Numbered from the stretch's first letter, positions 9,301-20,637 are shown. The stretch is DNA of 64,000 nucleotides from an uncultured Candidatus Micrarchaeota archaeon (GCA_963741095.1 CAVUGN010000005.1:142711-206710), one strand, 5' to 3'. Numbers and translations are program-made. The notes: generated from the letters alone by a model not told the origin.

Positions 9301-12300
9301 AGCCAGAGCCAGTTCTGGGTTGACCACGATGGTGGTTATAAGAACTGTTCACCTCGCCAGACTTGTCAGTCACTGTAATAAGCACATTGTACACTCCAGC
9401 CTCAGAGAACATTAGGTGGTTGTTGCCTTGATCGAGTATCTTTCCGCCTTCCGGTTCAGGGCCGCTGGCTAGCGAGTAAGAGGAGAAGATGTTGCTGCCA
9501 GTGCCTCCGCTTGTATGGTTTGTGAACACTGAGGCCTGATCGATGCTTATCGGTGTATTTACGATGAATGATGTGAATTCGAGTACAGGGGTCACTGTTA
9601 TTTTAGTTGATGTAGAGTTGGTCTCTCCAGATGCGTCAGAAACGTCCAGCGTCACCGTGCATGTGCCCTCGCCCGTCTGATGGTTGAACTGGTATGTGTT
9701 GGCGATGGATTCATTCAGGACCGGTGTTCCGCACGACTCTGAGAATTCGTATCCGAATTCATTGCTGCCCGTACCTCCCGATGTGTTGTTCGTAAAGGTT
9801 ATCCACTGTCCGCTGCTGATCAGGTTCTGACTTGGGGTCAGTGTTGATAGGTCAAGTGGAGGAGTGACTGCGAGTTGTTCACATGAGCTCGTGTAGTTGT
9901 TGTTGTTCGCATCGCCCGAGAACTTCGCGTCCCAGTAGTATGTTCCAGCTGTTGAGTAAGGAACCGAGCTTGATGGACCGTAGGTTCCATCGCTGGATAT
10001 GGATGGAACAGAGCTCACTGTGGCTTGGCCATCGGTGCAGGCAGAATCGGTGTACGTGTAGAACGTTATTGTGCCTTCGCCTGTTGGATCAGCCGTGCCC
10101 GAAAGCGTCGCGGAATCCGTCTCTGTTTGGTCCGCGCTGATCGTGCCGCTGAGCGTTGTGGAAAGTGTTGGAGATGCCTTGTTGACTGTTAGAGGCTCGC
10201 ATGAGCTGGTTGCGGCGTTGTTGTTCGCATCGCCGTTGTACACCGCGGTCCAGGAGTATGGCCCTGCGCTGAATGCCACCTCGGATGAAGTGGCTGATCC
10301 GCTTACCAGAGTCACAGGATCTCCAGCCTGACCAGTTCCGCTGCAGTCAGGGGTTGTGTATGTGTAGAATGTCACTGTGCCCGTTGGGGAGGCTCCGCCG
10401 GTGACTGACGCCATGTCCGTATCGGTCTGACCTGCGGTTATCGGGTTAGTCGTGAGTGTGGTCCCTACAGTTGGTGTTGCTGGGTTGACTACCAGCACCT
10501 CTGTGTTGCTGTTGGAGCCCAACATTGCAGGTTCGAACGCCGTAGTTGGGATTATGTTAAAGTCGCTCGGTGAGCCGGTTGCCCATGACAGGTCTATTCC
10601 AGACTGCGAGTCGCACGTCTGGTAGTAGTCGATTTCGATCGGGTACCAGCCCGATTCGGCGACTGTGACTGCGCCGGAATGAGTTGGGCTGTGCCCCTGA
10701 ATTCCTATACCAAGCCCAGTTGGGTTGGTGTTGGCATCGTTCAGCACCAGGTCCGAAGCGGAGATGGTTGAGCTACCCGGATTGGTGTTTATGAAGAGCT
10801 GGGACCCGTCGTCACTGTCAAGTTGGAAGTAGTAGGTGGTATCGCCATTAAGATGGATGTACCCAGTCCATTCGGTGCTGAATTCTACATTATAGAAGTT
10901 AGTATCGCCAACATTGAATCCTGGAGAGGTTTCAACCCAGTAGAAGTCAGAGGCTGAAGCCCCGTGGGCAATGTTTGGATCTATTTCAGTTGCAGTAGGC
11001 GCAGTGCTAGCAAAGCTGGAGCTGCCCTCTGGCCAAGACGCTTCCGATTTGCAGCCTGATGTCCACCCTGGGGCGGGTAGCGGGCTACCATAAAAGGATC
11101 CTTCCCAGAACGCAGCGTAGAGTCCGGAGCCCGTAAGCGGTGCCGAACTACACGCAGTCGTGTACCCGTTGTTGTTAGTGTTACCATCGTATGATGCTTC
11201 CCAATAGTATGTTCCCGTAGTTGCCGGAGTGAAAGTATCAGATGTGGCTTGACCTAAACTTACAGACACCGAATCAGGACCAAAAGCAGGAGTCGTGCAG
11301 GAAGAATCTGAGTATGCAGTAAACGTTACGCTGCCTGTTGGATTATCGCCCCCTGACAGGGTGGCCGTGTCTGTTGCGGAGCTGCCGATTATAATCGACC
11401 CATCTGATGAAACCTGCGTTGAGACAGTTGGTGATGCTTTGTTGACTGTTAGTATCTCACCTTCAACGCCACATGAAGTGGTGGAGCCAGCGTTGTTGAT
11501 GTCACCAGTGTAGGATGCCTTCCAGTAGTATGCGCCTGCAGTTGCAGGAGTGAATGAATCAGAGGTGGCAGAGCCGCCGCTAACCGAAACTGGTCCGCTG
11601 GTGAAGGCGCTGTCAGTACAGGCTTCGTCCGAATACGCAGTGAAGGTCACAGTTCCGCCCACGGTACCGTAACCGCCGGATATAGTTGCAGTATCAGTTG
11701 TAGAACCGCCTATTGTGAACGATGGTGACGCAAGTGACGTACCAACCGATGGTGTTGCCTGCGCGATTGTGAATGGTTCACATGAATAACCGGATCCCGC
11801 GTAGTTTGAATCACCAGTGTAGGCGCTGGCCTCGTATGAGTATGGTCCTGCATTGAGGTCTGTCATTGAGGTGGACTGAGCGCCGAGTGAAACGCCCGTC
11901 TGTGTGCTGACTGGGGTGCCTTCACATGAGGCACCGTTGTACAGTGTGACTGTCAATGTTCCCGTCGGGGTGAAGCCTCCCACCTGTCCAGTTGCAGTAG
12001 CGGTGTCGTATACTGAGGCGCCAAGTGCCGGAGTGGTCGATGGACTGACTTCAGTACCAATGGTAAGAGTGCCCTGTTGTACCGTGAATGGTTCACATGA
12101 ATAACCGGATCCCGCGTAGTTTGAATCACCAGTGTAGGCGCTGGCCTCGTATGAGTATGGTCCTGCATTGAGGTCTGTCATTGAGGTGGACTGAGCGCCG
12201 AGTGAAACGCCCGTCTGTGTGCTGACTGGGGTGCCTTCACATGAGGCACCGTTGTACAGTGTGACTGTCAATGTTCCCGTCGGGGTGAAGCCTCCCACCT

Positions 12301-15300
12301 GTCCAGTTGCAGTAGCGGTGTCGTATACTGAGGCGCCAAGTGCCGGAGTGGTCGATGGACTGACTTCAGTACCAATGGTAAGAGTGCCCTGTTGTACCGT
12401 GAATGGTTCACATGAATAACCGGATCCCGCGTAGTTTGAATCACCAGTGTAGGCGCTGGCCTCGTATGAGTATGGTCCTGCATTGAGGTCTGTCATTGAG
12501 GTGGACTGAGCGCCGAGTGAAACGCCCGTCTGTGTGCTGACTGGGGTGCCTTCACATGAGGCACCGTTGTACAGTGTGACTGTCAATGTTCCCGTCGGGG
12601 TGAAGCCTCCCACCTGTCCAGTTGCAGTAGCGGTGTCGTATACTGAGGCGCCAAGTGCCGGAGTGGTCGATGGACTGACTTCAGTACCAATGGTAAGAGT
12701 GCCCTGTTGTACCGTGAATGGTTCACATGAATAACCGGATCCCGCGTAGTTTGAATCACCAGTGTAGGCGCTGGCCTCGTATGAGTATGGTCCTGCATTG
12801 AGGTCTGTCATTGAGGTGGACTGAGCGCCGAGTGAAACGCCCGTCTGTGTGCTGACTGGGGTGCCTTCACATGAGGCACCGTTGTACAGTGTGACTGTCA
12901 ATGTTCCCGTCGGGGTGAAGCCTCCCACCTGTCCAGTTGCAGTAGCGGTGTCGTATACTGAGGCGCCAAGTGCCGGAGTGGTCGATGGACTGACTTCAGT
13001 ACCAATGGTAAGAGTGCCCTGTTGTACCGTGAATGGTTCACATGAATAACCGGATCCCGCGTAGTTTGAATCACCAGTGTAGGCGCTGGCCTCGTATGAG
13101 TATGGTCCTGCATTGAGGTCTGTCATTGAGGTGGACTGAGCGCCGAGTGAAACGCCCGTCTGTGTGCTGACTGGGGTGCCTTCACATGAGGCACCGTTGT
13201 ACAGTGTGACTGTCAATGTTCCCGTCGGGGTGAAGCCTCCCACCTGTCCAGTTGCAGTAGCGGTGTCGTATACTGAGGCGCCAAGTGCCGGAGTGGTCGA
13301 TGGACTGACTTCAGTACCAATGGTAAGAGTGCCCTGTTGTACCGTGAATGGTTCACATGAATAACCGGATCCCGCGTAGTTTGAATCACCAGTGTAGGCG
13401 CTGGCCTCGTATGAGTATGGTCCTGCATTGAGGTCTGTCATTGAGGTGGACTGAGCGCCGAGTGAAACGCCCGTCTGTGTGCTGACTGGGGTGCCTTCAC
13501 ATGAGGCACCGTTGTACAGTGTGACTGTCAATGTTCCCGTCGGGGTGAAGCCTCCCACCTGTCCAGTTGCAGTAGCGGTGTCGTATACTGAGGCGCCAAG
13601 TGCCGGAGTGGTCGATGGACTGACTTCAGTACCAATGGTAAGAGTGCCCTGTTGTACCGTGAATGGTTCACATGAATAACCGGATCCCGCGTAGTTTGAA
13701 TCACCAGTGTAGGCGCTGGCCTCGTATGAGTATGGTCCTGCATTGAGGTCTGTCATTGAGGTGGACTGAGCGCCGAGTGAAACGCCCGTCTGTGTGCTGA
13801 CTGGGGTGCCTTCACATGAGGCACCGTTGTACAGTGTGACTGTCAATGTTCCCGTCGGGGTGAAGCCTCCCACCTGTCCAGTTGCAGTAGCGGTGTCGTA
13901 TACTGAGGCGCCAAGTGCCGGAGTGGTCGATGGACTGACTTCAGTACCAATGGTAAGAGTGCCCTGTTGTACCGTGAATGGTTCACATGAATAACCGGAT
14001 CCCGCGTAGTTTGAATCACCAGTGTAGGCGCTGGCCTCGTATGAGTATGGTCCTGCATTGAGGTCTGTCATTGAGGTGGACTGAGCGCCGAGTGAAACGC
14101 CCGTCTGTGTGCTGACTGGGGTGCCTTCACATGAGGCACCGTTGTACAGTGTGACTGTCAATGTTCCCGTCGGGGTGAAGTCTCCCACCTGTCCAGTTGC
14201 AGTAGCGGTGTCGTATACTGAGGCGCCAAGTGCCGGAGTGGTCGATGGACTGACTTCAGTACCAATGGTAAGAGTGCCCTGTTGTACCGTGAATGGTTCA
14301 CATGAACTTGGACCACTTGCAGCGTAGTTTGAATCGCCGCTGTATGATGCATAATAACTGTACGATCCTGCCGCGAGTGCCGCAGTGGTGGACGAAGCAG
14401 GAGCAGTGCCTCCAGACAGTTCAACGGACTGAGTCGTACCAGTATCACTGCATGCGCCGTTAGTGAAGTATGTGTATGTTACTATTCCAGTCGGTGTAAC
14501 GCCTGCGACCGTTCCGCCAATGGTGGCCGTGTCGTACTCGGTTGAACCGAGTGTGAGAGACGATGAAGTACCGAGTGTCGTTGAGATTGATGAAGATGTC
14601 TTGCCGACTACCAGTGTTTCGCATGAACTCGTTGCAGGGTTGTTGTTTGCGTCTCCGGCGAACTTTGCATTCCAGTAGTATGTGGTTGCGCTCAATGTGC
14701 CTGAGCTGGCTGATGTGTACGGGCCGCTTCCCGATCCGGTTGAAGAGATAGCCGCTGATTGGCCTTCTGTGCATTGAGAGTCAGTGTATGTGTAGAAAGT
14801 AACTGCGCCTGTCGGGCTAGTTGCGCCTGAAAGCGTTGCGGTGTCGGTGTCCGACATTCCGGCAGTTGGAGCCGTGTTAGTGAATGCTGTTGAGATTGTG
14901 GGCGATGCCATGCTCGGGGTGACTACCAGCGATTCGCATGCGCTCGTTACAGTTTTGCTGCCCCCGCCGCAATCGCCTCCTTCGCCGCTTGGGGTATATA
15001 CCGCATCCCAATAGTATGTTCCTGGTGTCGAGTAGGTGACCGAAGTTGATGGACCGTAGGTCCCATCTCCAGATACGGACTTGGAGCCTTCTTTGGTTCC
15101 CGTTCCTTTGCAGGCAGAGGTGCCGAAATAATAGAATGCAACTGTGCCCTTCGGAGTTAATTGGCCAGAGATGATTGCCTGGTCGCTATCGCTGGTTCCC
15201 GTGGTTATCGGACTTGGGGTTGTGAATGAGGTTGTAAGCGTTGGTGATGTGGGTGCAGCGTTGGAGCCAATCTGCGCAGGGACGAAGACGTATGTTGGGA

Positions 15301-17035
15301 TTATGGTGAATCCGCTGGTCGCTGAGGTCGTCGACCAGAGCAGGTCTATTCCAGATTGTGAGTCGCATGTCTGGTAGTAGTCGACCTCTATTGGGTACCA
15401 GCCCGTAGATCCAACAGTGACAGCAGTTGAAGTGCCATAGGTAGCTGGCTGTATTCCTATCCCGTAACCGGTCGGATTGGTGTTGGCATCGTTTATCCTA
15501 AGGTCTGAGGCAGAGATGGTTGAGCTACCTGAGGCAGTGTTGATGTAAAGCAGAGATCCGTCGTCACTGTATAACTGGAAGTAGTATGTAGTGCCCTTAG
15601 TAAGATAGATGTACCCCGTCCACTCGGTGCTGAACTCTGTGTTATAGAATTGAGTACTGCCAACAGTGAATCCAGGAGAATTCTCCATCCAGTAGAAGCC
15701 GGTTGAAGCCCCATGAGCTATGTTTGGATCGATCTCGGTTGCAGTTGGCAAGGTGCTGGCGAAGCTAGCACTGCCCTCAGGCCAATTCGACTCTGATACA
15801 CAACCTGCTGGATATGATGGAGCAGGAAGCGGGCTTCCGTAAAATGATGCTTTCCAGAACGCAGCATATAGTCCAGAGGGATTCACTTTTAACGTAGCCG
15901 TGTCTGAACCCGTTCCATAGTTGCAGTTATACTTTTTGTTGGAGCCGGATCCGCCGATTAAAGTGCAAACATCGCTGTTTGGATTCTTGCTCTGGCCAGT
16001 TATTATTGCATTTGCCGATGTTACGGCTGCAGTTATAGTATAAGTTTGTGAAGAGCCTACTTCGGGTGGAGAGAAGGTGCATGTAAAAGTGTAAGCTGAT
16101 GTGCTAGAAGGAGAACAGGTTACAGGTACCGACAACGATGGTGAACCTCCTGATGTGGACCACTTGTACTTTATTGTCGGAGGTTGTATGTCCGCTGAAG
16201 GGATAGAATCCGAATTTAACTTCACTGTTGCAGTGTATATTGGGGTATTGCCCGGATAAATTATTAATGACGGTTCAAGGTCTACGCTCAGATGCCAAGG
16301 ATTGGTCACAACTATTGTGAATCCACAGTCGACTACTGTGTTTCCCGTAGCGTCGGTAACAGTAAGATTGAAGTTATATTCTCCTGTTGATAGTTTTGCC
16401 GCTGCTGCTGCATCTAGTACACACGGGGCCACCACGTTTGATGATACACCATTTCCAGAGCCGCAGTCCCAGGCAGGCGCAGGTGTGCTTCCATTATGGC
16501 TTTCCAGCCATTGATAGGTATATGGTTGAGTTCCGCCGCTTGCACCGTTGTCTAGTATTATAATGGTGTAATTTATTGTCTGGTTTTGCGTGATTGTAAC
16601 GTTTGTTACAGTTGAATCGTTTATTACTGCGTATGGATCTTGTATTGTCAATGCAGGGCTGGTTATTACCGAAGTGTTTGCAGGTGCAATCGTTGTTGCA
16701 TTCGATTCTGGTGTAGAATTTGTTATGGGTGTGGAATTAGTTATGGTGGAACTTGTTGCGTTAGTATTATTATCAGCCGTCGAATTCGTAATAGTGTCAT
16801 TCGATAAGACCGTTGTTGATATTGTGATGTTCGACATCGCTGTGGCATTTATAGTGGTGGTTGCATTTATGATTGCAGTCGCATTGATTGTCGTGGTGAA
16901 ATTCGACGGATTCGAAGCGGGACCAAACGTGGGATTTGGAAGCAGGAACAAGGAATGGAATAGCACCATTATCAGCGGAAGCGAAATAACCAATGGCACG
17001 GCCATCAGCAGACTGCCTTTTAGATTCATTCCCAT
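6321..17035 (-). CDS. giant surface adhesin (~3,570 aa reconstructed): signal peptide, 2 PA14 domains, many Ig-like repeats, C-terminal TM anchor; split into 4 ORFs by frameshifts at ~9340, ~8508 and ~6880
   Basis: ORFs 9275..17047, 8479..9327, 6800..8611 and 6321..6842 overlap, and the beta-repeat sequence continues across each junction. ATG 17035 follows a GGTGA RBS. Confidence 0.8.
10511..11125 (-). other. PA14 domain, copy 2
   Basis: FSTEWTGYI...YYFQLDSDDGSQLFIN...GWYPIEIDYYQ...GIDLSW, typical PA14 signature. Confidence 0.8.
11769..14306 (-). repeat. tandem array of 8 x 315-bp (105-aa) near-identical units
   Basis: Period 315 from 11769 to 14289 plus an 18-bp partial unit. The only difference I saw is at 14181 (GGF vs GDF). 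Confidence 0.97.
15260..15874 (-). other. PA14 domain, copy 1
   Basis: FSTEWTGYIYL...YYFQLYSDDGSLLYIN...GWYPIEVDYYQ...GIDLLW. Confidence 0.8.
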
Positions 17036-17338
17036 TTGTTTCACCACGTTTAAAGCATCAATGAGGCTGGGTAATTCTGAGATAGCACAGCCTCAAGACA
17101 ATTGTTGACAGACATTCCTTGTTTCCCCTTCACAGTGAGTTCACTTGAAGCAAACCCCATTTCAACTCAATATCCTACGACCCCCGCCGCGGAATATTTC
17201 GTATGCCGTATTGTTTAGGGCTTTGCAAACATAATATTTATACGTTCCGATTCGATAATATTTAGATGTTTCTCCGGCTTGTCGAGAGGAACGCGATTTG
17301 AACTCATGCCTGCGATAGCTGCAGTTGCTTCAAGCCAT

Positions 17339-17366
17339 CTAAGTTATAATAAACTATAACTTTGGT
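17339..17366. promoter_or_regulatory. palindrome AAGTTATA-N6-TATAACTT (second copy of putative AbiEi operator)
   Basis: Perfect 8-bp inverted repeat; 23/28 identical to 18628..18655. Confidence 0.55.
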
Positions 17367-17381
17367 GATTCTGTCATCAGC

Positions 17382-17966
17382 CTATTTGATTAGCTTCTTC
17401 ACCGCCGATTTTACTCGTGGAGGGTACATTTTGAGGTAAGCATTCAGTCTTCGTCTGTCGATCTGTTTTTTGAAAGAAGCCAGGACATCGCCGCTTATGT
17501 GGTGCTTGTAGTACACGAGGTCTATCAGGGTTTTTTCGCAATCGGACACTGGCACCCAGAAATCGTAGTACCTGACAAGCTCGTACCCGAAGAATAGTTT
17601 CCTGCTGAGGCGCTGGACCAGGTAATTGCCGTCTCCGAACTTCCTTTCGCCGGCTCGCACATTTTTCCATGTGATCACGACGGGATTCGTGTTTTGGTCC
17701 CAGAGTTTCAGGATGGTCAAGGCGTTCTCCAGGCCGTAATAGAAAGGCTTGAATGCGAAGCCCACAACGGTTATGTCGTTGTGGAACGTGTATGCGCCCT
17801 TGGCCACGCGCACCACCTCTCCTTTCCGCGACAGGTAGTTCAGCATGCGCTTAAGGTAGGCCTGCTTGATGCCCATAAGGCCCAGAGAAGCCCGCAGGTC
17901 GCTGATGCTGAAAACCGGAAACTTGGGATCGTCGAAGTTGCCCCTGACAAATTTTAGGTATTTCAT
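17382..17966 (-). CDS. type IV TA antitoxin, AbiEi-like transcriptional regulator
   Basis: N-terminal wHTH (LSRKGEVVRVAKGAY), YYGLENAL, and VSDCEKTLIDL (AbiEi C-terminal motif). Overlaps the toxin stop by 4 nt. Confidence 0.8.
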   Translation of the reverse strand: MKYLKFVRGNFDDPKFPVFSISDLRASLGLMGIKQAYLKRMLNYLSRKGEVVRVAKGAYTFHNDITVVGFAFKPFYYGLENALTILKLWDQNTNPVVITWKNVRAGERKFGDGNYLVQRLSRKLFFGYELVRYYDFWVPVSDCEKTLIDLVYYKHHISGDVLASFKKQIDRRRLNAYLKMYPPRVKSAVKKLIK

Positions 17967-18619
17967 GCAAACCTATCTTTTATGCGCTTGATCATGTTAT
18001 CGAATGACGGAACCGGACCGGAGTATATCAGGCTGCGCAGCACCTCTGCGTTCACTGGCGGCTCGATGTTTGCCGTGAATTTCAGCACCGCTTTTCTTAT
18101 CAGACTAGGTTCGGTGGCATTATCGCTCAGGATGTATATGTCGTAGATGTCCCTGATGAATTTCCTGTCACCGTATGCGCTGATTTTTTCTATTATCAGG
18201 TCTTCTGGAGACAGCGTCCTTATTTCTATATAGCCGCCGTCCACCCTTTCGAACCGGCCTGCGACAGGCTTTATCCTGGTCTCCCAATAGTTTATCTCTA
18301 TCTTCAGGTATATGCCATTCAATGACAAGCCGATGAATACGAGATGCCCGGTGTCCTTTGCCTTTTCCATCGTGATGCCGTAGACATCCGCCATCTTTTC
18401 TATTCCGGCTTTGATCTTTTCAGTGTGCTCTTTGGACCTTAGGTATATGTCGATGTCGCTGGAAAAGCGGTTGCCACCGTAGCACCGCCATATGGCAGTG
18501 CCTCCATGCAGCACCACGGTGCTATCGGTCTGGTACAGCATTTCCATTGCGGCGTCTTGGAAAGTTGCAAGATCGCGATATGCGCGTGTCTTGAGCAGTT
18601 TGATTATCGGCAGTTTCAT
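17963..18619 (-). CDS. type IV TA toxin, AbiEii/AbiGii nucleotidyltransferase
   Basis: LHGGTAI...NRFSSDID, EKISA..DR...RDIYD motifs. Confidence 0.9.
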   Translation of the reverse strand: MKLPIIKLLKTRAYRDLATFQDAAMEMLYQTDSTVVLHGGTAIWRCYGGNRFSSDIDIYLRSKEHTEKIKAGIEKMADVYGITMEKAKDTGHLVFIGLSLNGIYLKIEINYWETRIKPVAGRFERVDGGYIEIRTLSPEDLIIEKISAYGDRKFIRDIYDIYILSDNATEPSLIRKAVLKFTANIEPPVNAEVLRSLIYSGPVPSFDNMIKRIKDRFA

Positions 18620-18627
18620 ATGATTAC

Positions 18628-18655
18628 CTAGGTTACAATATAATGTAACTTTGGT
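18628..18655. promoter_or_regulatory. putative AbiEi operator GTTACA-N6-TGTAAC between TATA box (TTTAAATA, ~18663-18670, - strand) and toxin ATG
   Basis: Inverted repeat positioned over the expected transcription start. Confidence 0.6.
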
Positions 18656-18666
18656 AGAAATAATAT

Positions 18667-20016
18667 TTAAACCTTTGTGTGGCTACTGTTTCTCGTCTCG
18701 TTCATCTCCCTGCCCCATATCACCACTTCAGGGTACCAGCGCTCCCTTGCCTCACCGACAAGGAAGACGGATCCGGTGACGCAGATCAATGTGTCCGGGG
18801 TGGAGGCGTTGATCGCGGAGTCTATGGCCTCGTTGACGCCCATCACCGATATTGATTTCTTGCAGTACTTCGATGCCATGTCGGCGAGTTCGTTCGGGTC
18901 GACGGCCCTTCCTCCGACGTTGTGCTTCGTGGCTATTATCATGTCGGATATCGGGCCTATCTCCGCCAGCATCGCGGGTATCTGCTTGTCGGACGATATG
19001 CTCAGCACAGTTATGAGCTTGTCGTACTTGAAGATCTTCGTGAGGGAATCCTTCAAGGCCTTCATCGCAAGAGGGTCCTTCGCGCAGTCGAGTATCACTC
19101 TCGGATTTTCCTGCATCAGTTCAAGCCTTCCGGGCCAGACCACGTTCATGAGCCCGCTCCTGAAGGCCTCTTCGTTCACCGCGAATCCATTCTGATTCAG
19201 GATTTCAATGGCGCCGAAGGCGCATCCGGCGTTGGAGAGCTGGTGCTCCCCGATGAGCTTGCACTGGACGTTCTTGTAGCTCTTGCCGAAGCCCTCTATG
19301 TCGAACGACTGATTCCGCTCGCTCGCGGCCAAGGGCTCCACCCTTATGTCGGAACCGACGAGGTAGATGCCGCTGTTCCGCTCCCTGCATATCCCGCTCA
19401 GCAGCGCGTATATCGCAGGGTCGGCGCTGGTGACAAGGCTGCTGTTGCTCTTTATTATTCCGGCCTTCTCACGCGCTATCTTCTCCCGCGTGTCACCGAG
19501 AATGTCTGTGTGCTCCAGCCCTATGTTCGTTATGACGGACACGATGGGGTCTATGACGTTCGTCGCGTCCAATCTTCCGCCGATGCCGACCTCCATGACC
19601 GCTATGTCGACCTTGTTCTCCGCGAAGTGCTCTATCGCCAGCGCGGTCGCGAACTCGAAGAAGGTTATCCCGTCGCCGTCCTTCTCCATCCTTTCCGCTA
19701 CGGGCATCAGCTTGCCGAACAGTCTTACCACATCTTCCTTGCCTATCTTCTTGCCCTTCACCGCTATCCGTTCCGTGAAATCCGTTAAGTGTGGCGACGT
19801 GTATGTGCCGACCTTGTACCCGGCGTAGGAGAGTATGGAAGAGACCATCGCGGCCGTCGAGCCCTTGCCGTTCGTGCCGCCGATGTGGACGTACTTCAAT
19901 GATCGCTCGGGATTGCCGATGCCGTCGAGCATGCGCTGCACTCGCTCAAGGCCCAGCTTCATGTCGCCGAACCTGCGCATGCCGAAAATCTGCTCGGTGA
20001 CCTTGTCGTAGTCCAT
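18667..20016 (-). CDS. folC: folylpolyglutamate synthase/dihydrofolate synthase
   Basis: HIGGTNGKGST, YTSPHL, MEVGIGGRLDATN, EKAGIIK, WPGRLE. Confidence 0.95.
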   Translation of the reverse strand: MDYDKVTEQIFGMRRFGDMKLGLERVQRMLDGIGNPERSLKYVHIGGTNGKGSTAAMVSSILSYAGYKVGTYTSPHLTDFTERIAVKGKKIGKEDVVRLFGKLMPVAERMEKDGDGITFFEFATALAIEHFAENKVDIAVMEVGIGGRLDATNVIDPIVSVITNIGLEHTDILGDTREKIAREKAGIIKSNSSLVTSADPAIYALLSGICRERNSGIYLVGSDIRVEPLAASERNQSFDIEGFGKSYKNVQCKLIGEHQLSNAGCAFGAIEILNQNGFAVNEEAFRSGLMNVVWPGRLELMQENPRVILDCAKDPLAMKALKDSLTKIFKYDKLITVLSISSDKQIPAMLAEIGPISDMIIATKHNVGGRAVDPNELADMASKYCKKSISVMGVNEAIDSAINASTPDTLICVTGSVFLVGEARERWYPEVVIWGREMNETRNSSHTKV

Positions 20017-20151
20017 CCCAACCAGCTTATGTTAATTCTGTACCCTCCGCTTATTTATAGTATTATTAGGGGCGGGAATTGATTGAAATCGAACACTTTA
20101 GATGCTAACTCTAGAGGATAAAAGAATTGGCAGAGCACACCGCTGACAGGG

Positions 20152-20637
20152 TCATCTCTTGCGCACGCCGGTTCCGACGACGATGCTGAGCAGCTTGTAG
20201 GCGGCCGCGGAGCTGGCCAGGGCGACGAAGATGTTCCCCAGGGCCGTGGATATCGCAAGGTTTATCAGCGGCGAGTTGATTATCGTGGTCTTCGAATAGA
20301 CCGAGGTCGCGTAGGCGAGGAAGATGCTCGAATTGTTGACCAGCAGGAAGGTCAGGAGTAGGGTGAGTATTCCGGCAATCACTGAAACGACTGTGGCATT
20401 GATGAGTGTCATCCCGAAGCTGAAATTCTTGAATGATTCCGCTCCGACCCAGAAGCCAAACGCGAATGTGAGTATGAAAGGCGCGCTGTTGCTCAGCAAT
20501 GTCTGCTGCGCGAGATCGGGGTATGAAGTGAAGCCGAAAAGGAACGATAGAAGAAGGAAAGCGGCCCAGACTACAACCGGGTAGACTACGGCAGAAGTGA
20601 ACGCGCCATTAAAATCATTCTTCTTACTTACGGCCAT
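20152..20637 (-). CDS. hypothetical 4-TM membrane protein
   Basis: Four hydrophobic segments and a basic tail. Confidence 0.7.
   Translation of the reverse strand: MAVSKKNDFNGAFTSAVVYPVVVWAAFLLLSFLFGFTSYPDLAQQTLLSNSAPFILTFAFGFWVGAESFKNFSFGMTLINATVVSVIAGILTLLLTFLLVNNSSIFLAYATSVYSKTTIINSPLINLAISTALGNIFVALASSAAAYKLLSIVVGTGVRKR

Noticed and set aside
11769-14306. CRISPR array, or repeated small 66/71-aa genes
   Set aside because: Units are 315 bp with no unique spacers and lie in frame in the adhesin; the small ORFs are shadow frames.
10511-15874. DGR template/variable repeat pair (two PA14 copies)
   Set aside because: Both copies are coding, differences are not adenine-specific, and no reverse transcriptase is present.
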